DNA of 63,994 nt, filler included, from Bigelowiella natans CCMP2755 (lineage: Eukaryota > Protista > Cercozoa): NCBI GenBank assembly GCA_000320545.1. It is 6 parts of 6 records of this genome, joined end to end, with 100 filler letters (N's around TTAATTAATTAA, not from the genome) between each part and the next. Parts side by side here need not be neighbours in the genome. Positions count along the whole stretch, not along the records: positions 50,240 to 61,322 come from ADNK01000176.1; positions 61,423 to 62,785 come from ADNK01001007.1; positions 62,886 to 63,994 come from ADNK01000080.1; 3 more parts are not named here. One strand, given 5' to 3'. The stretch's first letter is position 1, and each line of letters begins with the position of its first letter. Positions 54,192-63,994 of this stretch are shown one piece after another. Position numbers and translations under genes: made by a program. Under the pieces are notes generated by a model. The model saw only the letters and a list, made by a program, of their open reading frames with translations, was not told the origin of the DNA and ran no database searches.

Positions 54192-54562
54192 TGGCACGAT
54201 TACTTTAGCTGGTCGGGGGCGTCTTCAGGATGAATTTCGTAGGTGCTCGAGGCAAGAGCACGGAGATTCGATGCCATGGCCAACTGTAGCCCAAGCATTT
54301 GCAGCGCCTTCAATCGATCACGACGGCGAATGCCGCTCATCGTCGCCCTGAGGCCGGAATTTTGGTGCCCCTGGACACCATCGTCCCCTTTCCTGGCCAT
54401 CGCGTTCTCAACAGCGCCGCATCCGAGGCCAAACTCTCTTCTAGCAGCCAGTTTCCTGTCAATCGAAAAGGTGTGACGGATGGGGGCACGTGTGCGAGCG
54501 ACGGTTGTGCAGGATGTGTGGAGAGCGGCAAAGCCGAGGATGAGGAGTCGGGCCGTCGCCAT
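50988..54562 (-). CDS. Plastid TPR protein of cyanobacterial type with signal + transit + twin-arginine lumen leader
   Basis: TPRs AY|GNRGNSRSRQG|KFEEALGDYDVSIKMCPWAVDP, LNRGVALEATGRYEE and PNDPAAWNNLG|NANMALARYADA; C-terminus RRYPDFDDM|RAALVASLYSQG…WLKTERRWPQPLLDDMKMFL. Confidence 0.85.
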
Positions 54563-55857
54563 CCTGTGGTGGGTGGGTTTGGAGACAGCCGGTCTGTCGG
54601 CGACGGGGATAGATTTGAAAATCGACTGCTGCGACAACGAATTAGCCTTGTCGCAGTCTAAAAAATAAATGGATTCAATGCGCTGACCGCTTCGATGGGA
54701 CCAGAGGTAGTCAGCGTCGGGGCAATTCATTCCGTTGAGCCAGCGTGTCCCATGATCCATGATCCTTTCAACCGCTCTTACGGAAGCACTTCTTTCTTTC
54801 TTGCATGCTGCACCATTGGAACCACTTCGTTCATTCATTCATTTGTTGCGGCATTGATTCATCAGGCACGCTCTCATGCACGCGTGCGCCTGATCGAACG
54901 TCAACGCACTCGTAGGCGCCGACGAATGCGAGCGACACAAATCGACCACCAAGGACTTGTGATGCCCATCGATCTTCAGATGCCAGAAGATCAGATACGC
55001 TAAGTGATGCATGTGTGCATGGTTCGCATGCATGTGATCGAATGGCAATTCATTCGATCGTCGCTTTGTCATCACGCAATGAGCTTGATGAGCCACCTTG
55101 TCTTGCAAGACCTCTAGATCTGGCCATGTTCCAGCCGTGGCGCAGAATGATTGTTGCGTGCGTGTGTGATGCAAACACGTAGATGTGCGGATCGATGGAC
55201 AACACAAGCTCCGTCTGCCCGATCAGCTTGAATTGATTGGATCGTGATGAGCGTCTCCCTGACTCCCTGTCGTCATTTCACAACTCGTTGCATCAGGGCC
55301 AGCCTGTGTTCGCTCGCCTTTGTCACATGCATGCTATGCGATGACGTTTAGATCGACGGGTGTCATTATAGCTTAAATTGTAGCGCGCGCGCGTACGCAT
55401 GCACATGCACGTTCATATTTTGACTAGTGTGTGCATCTAGGTATGTACTTAGACGCCCATGCGTCCATTTGCACATGCCTGTTTGCATTCGTGCAGTTTT
55501 CTCAATTGAATGATGTACATCTACAAAGCTTCCATCGTGCAGGATCATTCTCTTTGGATGGGTACACGTAAACAAACATATAAACGGTATAGGAACTCGA
55601 TGGGTAAGCAGCCACAAGGCAGAGGCAGTAGCCAAGAAAGATGTATAGGGAAACGTAATATGACTAACATTTCACCTGCTGTTACTATCAGTAACTATAT
55701 GTTCATTGATTAAATATGCTATCTATTCTCTTGATAGACTCTGTGTGTATAAATTCCCCTTAGGATTCGATACATCTGAGCTCCCATTCATCTGCTTCTT
55801 CTCATAGTGCTTTGAATAAATAATTACCATCTCACCAGCGTCGCCAACCCCATCCTT

Positions 55858-56466
55858 CTACACAGATGCCATCACCCCAACGGCGTAGGCCGCGAGGGCC
55901 CTCTTTGCGCTGCTAGAGTCATATCTGCACTTATAGTAACCCCATAGATTCGTGCCGTTGAGTGTGACCGCCACAGAACACAGTATAAACCATTGAAATT
56001 GTAAGCTGAATAAGGCGGTTAAGGCGAAGGCTACCCATATAATGGGAGTAACAACCAAAGCGATCCAAAATATTCTACTCTCGCTTGCATTCACGTGCTT
56101 TGTGTCCGGACGGGACTCAAATATCCATTTGTTGGTGCCGTCCTCCTCGCTGACCTCATTCCACCACCGCAGGCCCACCAATATCCTCCCCGTTACGTTC
56201 TTCACCGTCCAGAAGTCGAACGCAACCAGGAGAACAACCACGACGAAGGTGATGACGAAGTTTGTTGTGAACCATTTTGCGAACACGTACATGAAGAGGG
56301 CTGCACCCTTGAAGAGAACATGGAAGATGGTGGTTATTTTGTTATTCTTCTCCTCAGGAATTTCATCCACCTGAGCAAAGCAAGGGTTGGTTCACCCTAC
56401 GATCCATAATACAAAAATTTGCTTAGCGTATACCAGTTCTGCATCCTCGGCCTGAGATACGTTCAT
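55858..56466 (-). CDS. TVP23: Golgi apparatus membrane protein TVP23 (DUF846), two exons
   Basis: FHVLFKGAAL…LVAFDFWTVKNVTGRILVGLRWWN…WIFES…NLWGYYKC; short first exon MNVSQAEDAEL. Confidence 0.95.
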
Positions 56467-57236
56467 CTTGCCCTCTCTCGCTTTGCAAAGGCGGCAGAAC
56501 CGGAAACCGGAGCTAATGTGGTTGGGGCAATCGTCGGCTTTTGGAATTCCACCCAAAAGTCAGTATTTATGGTACTTCCTCCAGCATACTAACCACAATA
56601 CTATTTCCATTTGCGACAATCTAAATCCGATATGTTTCGGATAAAAATAATGCAAATTTCGAAAAGCGGCAAGGATTCTACGACGGTTGGAAAGCCTGGA
56701 AGGTACTTTGTTTTCCTTCTCGGCACGTGTCTGGAGCAGTTCAACATGGCATGTTCTCCCGACATTTTAATGGCACCAAAAACGCCGGTATTTAATCGCC
56801 TGTGAGTGGCCAAATCTGATGACGCAATGCAGAAATGCAATGCGGAAGAGACAGATCAGCCCTGGGTTGGGAAAAGAAAGAAAGAAGGGGCGGGCTGCGA
56901 TTTGGGAAGAATTTATACGAAGTTTTCCGGATAATTTATGCACAGATGTGAGGGGAGCCACAATCCGAACGGTGGCATCCCTACTCCCCCTCCAGTATCG
57001 ACCGATCCCCGGAAGTATCAAGTGCACGCTCTCACCTCCGCGGCCCCATCCCGCTCCTCGACTTTCATTATCTCTCCTACCCACTCTCGACGTTGTCATC
57101 CATTGGTAGTATAAATGCTCCACCTTTTGTCTGAATGAGCGAGAAGATACGGCTGCAAACCTTAGCTCTCCGCGAACAGCATCGTAGTATTGACCCCTCT
57201 CCCCTGTTCCCCCATCAAATTTACAGATGTTGTATA

Positions 57237-57336
57237 ATGGGTGATCGAGGAAATCACGATACGCAAGCTGAAAAGGTCGACCAACATTAAGTTATCTCCT
57301 GGACACACACTTTGGAGAAGACACCAGCCATATTAA

Positions 57337-57374
<38 letters not shown>

Positions 57375-58228
57375 TACAAACGTAGGTACAAAAAGCTTTC
57401 AGCTCAATGAGCCTCGATGGCAGTGACAAAAAGAGGTAGGCCGATCACCGTGCAAACATACCTCACCTGCTACGCTGCGCAGGAGTCCCGGAGGGAGGGC
57501 TGCCCCGAAACGCTGTCATTCCCCTTTTCCTCGTTCGGCCTTATATCACTAATTGTTGATTCACAATATGATCGTTTAGGGCAACCACCATCAATGCCAA
57601 AGCCAAGGCGTTCAACCCCCGAGCGAAAACCTTCAACCCCAAAGCGAAGACCTTCAACCCGAGGGGCTTGAAGAGGGATGCCGCATCTAAATCGAGTTTC
57701 AACCCCAGCGCTCAGGTGTGTTGTAGCCGTTGAGGAGGATGATGATGGCGGTGGTGGTCATCCTGGTGGAGGTGCAGGGTTTGGCACTCACGAATTTAGC
57801 CGTTGCGGCAGGCAGCTGTAGAGCACGTCTGGACGTACGTGCGATTGACATATTCTCTCGTGTAATTATTACAGGCATTCAATCCCTCGCGAGGGTCTTC
57901 CCGGGCGAGCTCATCTGCGGCCACCACTCAGGACACAAAGGCACCCGCTGCAACGACAACAGCAACGACGATACCCACACCCCAGACCGCTCCCTTCCAT
58001 CACCAGCAGCAGCAGCAGTATAGTATGGAGGGGGGAGGAAAAGGGTCTTACTACGTCGGCCAACAAATGGGCGGTAGCGGGATGCAGGGCATGCATGAGA
58101 TGTACGCGCCCAGCGGACCACCAGCTTCTTCGTTATCGCAGCATCAGCAGCAGCAGCTGGCAGCTACGTGGAACATGCAACAGCAAGTAAGCACATCAAT
58201 CATACATAATTTTGTACATACACACACA

Positions 58229-58265
<37 letters not shown>

Positions 58266-58693
58266 TATGTATACTAATATCTACTCTCTTCGCTATCGTC
58301 TTCCTGAATTGCCTCTTTTTCCTAACGTATAAACGCAGGCCATGGGGTCTGGAATGGGAGCAGCTCAACTACAGCAACATCAGGCAGCAGCAGCAGCACA
58401 TGTAGGCGGCTATCACCACCAAGCACCCCCCCACCATCCGCGCCACCCAGCAGTCGGTCCCGGAATGCCTTCAAGCATGATGCCAACGGTAGTAGGCGCA
58501 AAAAACACACACACACACACACACACCGACGACGAATAGGCGCTATGAAGGATGGCTGCTGCTGCTGTGTGGTTGGTGTGCATGTTGTCGCTTCCGGTCG
58601 TCGCTTAAAAAAGGAGACCCTGCGGCGTTTGGCACTTATGACGAATATCTCTCATTTCGCATGAGATTTCAACAGTGCACACATGCATCGCAT

Positions 58694-58733
<40 letters not shown>

Positions 58734-59211
58734 CTTTACTAGTATTCGGAACCCATGGGAATGGCGCAAATGGATGGGTACGATTGGGAAGCTGAGAGAG
58801 AGGAGCAGAAGAAGATTCTGCTCCCTCTTCGCAGGTAGCTACGACTCCGCTCTCATGTGATAAAATAAAGAGAACAAAAATAAAGCTACCACCATCACCG
58901 CCACCATCATCATCATCATCATCATCAACATCTCCATCATCATCATCATCACCATCATCATCACTAACGTACGTGATCACGAACACCACGCACAGGCCCG
59001 TCCAATCATTCTTCATGCCCCCAGCACTTGCGGAGGAATACGAGAACCAGAACCGTCTCCTTACAGCACGCCTACAGCCTGAGGACCGAGAGTTCTACCG
59101 GTAGAGAGAGAGAATGGGAGGAATATAAGGAAGGGGGAGGGGGCAGCATATGCTACTGCTGCGCGTAAGCACACCATCTATAAACTGGTAGATATAATAT
59201 GTAATATATAT

Positions 59212-59289
<78 letters not shown>

Positions 59290-59635
59290 ATAGGCTCCCA
59301 ATAACCGTCGATCATGAGCGATACCACTCGCTTTGGCCGCTCCCTCCCGAGTACGACGCAATGCCGACCAAATACAGCAGCTACTTCTACAAGGTAGGGG
59401 GGAGGGGCTTGAGGGAGCCGGCGCGGCACTACTGTACATGTCGTTTCGCCCATCTCAGGAGGACGATGACGATGATGATGACGATGATAGTGATGAATAG
59501 TGGTGAGATATTGAATATTGATAATCGGCAGGTTACGTCGACCAAGGACGGCCTTCACTACGTTCTCAGGCGCTTCGTCTGCTCCAATTCCGAGGACTAT
59601 GCCGCAAAGGCCATTGCGCCGTGGTAATAGCAGTT

Positions 59636-59671
<36 letters not shown>

Positions 59672-59741
59672 ACAGATGAGATATAATGGTAGTAGCGCTA
59701 CCAGGATATATCGTGATGACGATTGTGTGAATACAACGATA

Positions 59742-59777
<36 letters not shown>

Positions 59778-60570
59778 CCCCCCCCCCTTCCAGGATTCGC
59801 ATTCAGAGGTTATCCAATGGATGCCATCCCAGCATCATCCCTGTGCGAACAGTGTTCGAGTCGCAGGATTTTGACGGTTGGTCGAAGTAGCCAGTAGTAT
59901 AAATAGTCTAAGTCTTCTCTCTCTCTCTCTCTCTCCCTCCCTCCCTCTTTCTCTCCATTCTTTCTCGTCTAAGTATCTCCCCCCCCCTCTCCCAATCGCT
60001 ACTGACGAAAGCGTTACTGACGCCTAAACAATACAGAGGGGAAGTGCCTATGCTTCATCTACGACTACTACCCGAGCGGCGTCCCAATCGCCACGCAGTA
60101 TTCGATCCAAAGGGATGAGAGCAGGGGCGACTCAAAGCGTTTCTTCGCGAGGGCTGGCAGGGTCATCCCAGAGCAGCATTTGTGGAGCTTCCTCACGCAA
60201 CTGCTGACGGCGTTGGTGACGATTCACCCACAAGGTAGCAGCAGATTGTAGTGGCGACGTTTATGGTGAGGTAGGGGGGAGGGCAGGTAAGGGTAAGTGC
60301 GAGGCAAAGAGAAAATGTAAATTAAAAATGATGATGTTTCTGAGCTCGGAGTCGGTTGTTGCTGCTAATAAGTTGTTTGCTATAATAATCTTCTATCCGC
60401 TTCTTGTTAATCCTCTTTTCTTCCTTCTTTTTCTGTCCTCTCCCTCCCCCCCCCCCCCTCCCCCCCGGCGCACCCAGGATTGGCAGCAATGAGCATAAAC
60501 CCATACAGGGTGTTGGTGCAGTCAAATCGGGTAAGGCTCAATTTCTGTGGCATCAACGAAGCCCTTCAGG
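57237..60570 (+). CDS. PAN3: PAN2-PAN3 deadenylase subunit PAN3 (PAM2 region, Gln-rich linker, pseudokinase); C-terminal part not seen
   Basis: SFFMPPALAEEY…LPITVDHERYHSLWPL…FYK|VTSTKDGLHYVLRR…HPSIIPVRTVF…HDYYP…IPEQHLWSFLTQLLTALVTIHPQ|GLAAMSINPYRVLVQSNRVRLNFCGI. Confidence 0.88.
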
Positions 60571-60634
60571 TGGATTTGCGTCTGTCATTCTGCTGCTGCT
60601 GGCGTTGTGTTAATTATATTAGCTACTCTGTCAG

Positions 60635-60669
<35 letters not shown>

Positions 60670-60692
60670 TTAATTATATTAGCTACTCTGTA

Positions 60693-60743
<51 letters not shown>

Positions 60744-61696
60744 GCAAGAGAGGGAGAGAGAGAGAGAGAGAGAGTGAGTGAGAGGGAGTGAGAAATGAAT
60801 ACTATGACCCTAACGATTTTATTCTCATCATCTTCATCATCCTCTTGTTCTTTTTAGGTACCGGAGCCAGTGGTTGAGTACATATTCTACACCCCTTGGA
60901 GATCTACGTTATCATCAGCATGACCACCATCATCATCTACTAAAGAACCATCCTCCTTCGCCTCCTCCTCCTCCTCATCGTCATCAACATCGTCATCGTC
61001 GTCGGCATTTGTGCCACCCTCACCATTACCATCATCACCGTCATTATCATCATCGCCGTTTCCTCCTCCTTCTGCTTCTTCTTCTTCATCATCGCTGTAC
61101 GTGACTGGGGTGATTGCCTTTCCCTGATGCAGAGCGCAACAAATATCCTCAAATAGCGACATTCTCAGTGATCATCAATATCTTGTCTGCGAATTCTGCA
61201 CAGATAGAGTTATTATGAGCAACTACAACACGACACAAGGGAGGACATTACAGTCTAAGGACAGCCTGTCCTCTGGTTGTTGCTGCTGCTGTAAGGAGAA
61301 TATATCTCTTAGAAGCAGCATCNNNNNNNNNNNNNNNNNNNNNNNNNNNNNNNNNNNNNNNNNNNNTTAATTAATTAANNNNNNNNNNNNNNNNNNNNNN
61401 NNNNNNNNNNNNNNNNNNNNNNCACACACATACACACATTCTTTCATTTGTGCGAGCTGCATTATCTCATGCCAGCTCAGAATCCACTTTATCTTCATAA
61501 GGAAGTGGCGCTACTCCTCTGCCCCTCTTATCTCTTCCTGTAGTTTAATCCCGAAATGTTGCCCATTAGTTACGACGTGCAGCGGTAGTCGAGGGAGGGG
61601 GGGGCATTGCATTCAGTCAACAAGCGTACTTAATTCGCGTATTTCGCGTTGGCGAGTCGCCAACGGTTTGTGTTTGTGTGTGAGTGTGTGAGTGTT

Positions 61697-61752
<56 letters not shown>

Positions 61753-61931
61753 TTTACTCTTTGGCCTAGGGAAAGGGGGGGGGGCGATCTGGAAGGCCTC
61801 GTTGTGTCTCCTCTCCTGTTGTGTTTCCATTTTAACATAATATAGCAATGAGATCATGTGCAAGTTTCAGTGTAATATAAATATAAATTATATATATATA
61901 CACACATAATCTATATCATGATATAGAATAC

Positions 61932-61964
<33 letters not shown>

Positions 61965-62282
61965 TGCGTAAACCGATTTGTTGTCCCCCCTCTCCTACGG
62001 CTAAAACAGCATCCATCACAGCTGACATGCTGATGAAAGAATGGAGGTGGCAGCAGCAGCATCGTTGCCAAACAGCATGGTGCTTTATCATCATCGGCCT
62101 CCCTCTGGTCTCTATGCACCTACCGCCTCTTCGATCTTCTCGATTTCCTTGTTGGTGTCTCTTTCAAATCTGCGCGTCGTTATATTCGGCCCGCAGCAGC
62201 AGCAGTCGAGAGTATTAATCAGCGATTACATAACACTCTTTTTTTGGGGTATATTATCAACAACACCAGCACACACTAAAAA

Positions 62283-62317
<35 letters not shown>

Positions 62318-62531
62318 AATCGCTCTCGCGCGCACATGCGCAACACAATTCCGTCCGGTAGCGTGGCATACGCGTCGCCTACTCACTGGATGTATCTATC
62401 CCATATCTCCTTCGCCTTCTCCGGGGGGAACCTGCCATGCAGCAAGGAAAAAAGCAAAGGCAAACACCAAAAACGCACGTGAGTATAGCAGCATCAACAC
62501 AGCCTGCAAGGAATGCATAGCACGTATATTG

Positions 62532-62571
<40 letters not shown>

Positions 62572-62716
62572 CAGAGGTTAACAACACAGTAGATAGAGCA
62601 GTTCGAAGTAGAAGCAGAGAGCAGCAGCAGCATCAGGCAGGGAGAGAGAGGGGGCATGCAACCTGCCGTCGAGTGCCCGTGAGAACACGGCCCGAAGATT
62701 GTTTGTGTCTGATCGA

Positions 62717-62760
<44 letters not shown>

Positions 62761-62929
62761 TGTGTGTGTGTGTGTGTGTGTGTGTNNNNNNNNNNNNNNN
62801 NNNNNNNNNNNNNNNNNNNNNNNNNNNNNTTAATTAATTAANNNNNNNNNNNNNNNNNNNNNNNNNNNNNNNNNNNNNNNNNNNNAAGAACGAAGAAGAA
62901 CGAACGAACGAAAGAAGAAAGAAAGAAGA

Positions 62930-62965
<36 letters not shown>

Positions 62966-63106
62966 AAGTGATACTATCGGCTGTCAGTCGCGCTTCCCCC
63001 CCCTCCCACTACCCGTAACACCCCCCCCCCCTCCCCCCGTTTTCCCCTATTTGTGAATGCGGCGCTTCGACTGTGTGCGTGTGTGCTAGTGATGGCAAGC
63101 GCTTTC

Positions 63107-63994
63107 TTACGGTGCCCATAGCTGCTGGAGCTCCTGCAACGAGTGATTGGTCCTCACGAGCGGACTAGACAGCGATTCAGGCTGCTGCTGCTTTGCTCTC
63201 TCGCTTCCCATGTCTTTCTTCTTGTTGACAGAGCTGACTGCGGGTGCCGTGGTTGCATTATTCTTTTTCGATCTTCGCCCTCCACCATCCCCTGCTTTCG
63301 TCGCACATTGGTGCTGCCCCCCTCCCTGCGACTTGCCGTCTACTTTTGGGGAGGATGCGGCTTGCTTCCTGGAAGCCAAGTTCACCTTAGAATGCCCTTT
63401 TCTTTGGCTGCTAGTAGCCTCGTTATTTGATAGTTCTTTAGGAGCGGACAACGACGATCTGATGGGTGCAATGGCCGCCTTCGCTGACACAGCATGGCCT
63501 CCGCTGCTACTGTTTGTAGGCTGTCGAATGGGGCGCGAGTTGTTGGTAGTTGGAGTGATGGTGGAGGTGGAAGGAGAGGATCTTGAACCGGACCTTCTCC
63601 CCCCCCTCCCTGAGGTTGTCGTTGACACTATTCGACTCAATTTTGTGCTGCTACCCGTGTGATTGGTGGTGCTAGCGTTACGTCCTGTACTGGCGCGGCT
63701 GATGCTTGCTCCGCCTCGTCTCCTGCCCCTGCCCCTGCCACCACCACCATAACTTCTGGCGTTGCTCTTCTGGCCGGAGCCACCGGTGCCGCGGCCATTT
63801 TTAGATGTAACACTAGATTCATTGCAACGATGACCAACGCCATCAATTTTCTTCTCGTTTGCCATCTTGGAACCCCCCCCCCCTCTGCCACCTCTGCCAC
63901 CTCTGCCACCGCCGATTCCCGCTTTAGGCGTCGATTTGCGCCCTCCAGTTTGCCTTTTGGCATTGGCTTGGGCGACGACACAGCAGAATCTGGC
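63107..63994 (-). CDS. Low-complexity Ser/Gly/Arg/Lys-rich exon of an unidentified gene extending beyond the window
   Basis: Open frame of at least 250 codons ending at a GTAAG donor near 63110. Confidence 0.45.
   Translation of the reverse strand, partial: ARFCCVVAQANAKRQTGGRKSTPKAGIGGGRGGRGGRGGGGSKMANEKKIDGVGHRCNESSVTSKNGRGTGGSGQKSNARSYGGGGRGRGRRRGGASISRASTGRNASTTNHTGSSTKLSRIVSTTTSGRGGRRSGSRSSPSTSTITPTTNNSRPIRQPTNSSSGGHAVSAKAAIAPIRSSLSAPKELSNNEATSSQRKGHSKVNLASRKQAASSPKVDGKSQGGGQHQCATKAGDGGGRRSKKNNATTAPAVSSVNKKKDMGSERAKQQQPESLSSPLVRTNHSLQELQQLWAP

Noticed and set aside
60860-61322. Acidic minus-strand ORF 60887-61162 directly after the PAN3 exons
   Set aside because: Mostly trinucleotide repeats; no consistent splice model could be built; next to a gap.

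Overview
Intron-rich, microsatellite-rich nuclear DNA from a eukaryote with a secondary plastid. Several proteins carry signal-peptide plus transit-like leaders, consistent with a chlorarachniophyte such as Bigelowiella, but the taxon is inferred. It is a draft assembly with five 100-nt N gaps padded with TTAATTAATTAA. Recognisable genes: 3' end of selenophosphate synthetase (selD), a C2HC zinc-finger protein, isoaspartyl peptidase/L-asparaginase, a degenerate tail-anchored Ras-like protein, organellar GyrB (partial), a discoidin-repeat protein, TAPT1/Emp65 (partial), a CAMK-type kinase (partial), a thylakoid-lumen-type TPR protein, TVP23 and PAN3 (partial). The most striking signal is non-genic: sharply bounded domains (~13.3-15.5, ~31.6-35.3, ~39.2-39.9, ~44.4-45.2 and ~54.8-55.3 kb) have almost no TpA dinucleotides, which appear converted to TpG/CpA, and most survivors lie in CTAG. 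These domains cover LINE remnants, telomere-like repeats and adjacent DNA. Paired repeat copies inside the window differ by TA->CA/TG changes. This looks like a RIP-like, repeat-associated A->G hypermutation running in the opposite direction to fungal RIP. No responsible enzyme is visible in the window. All counts were made by hand.
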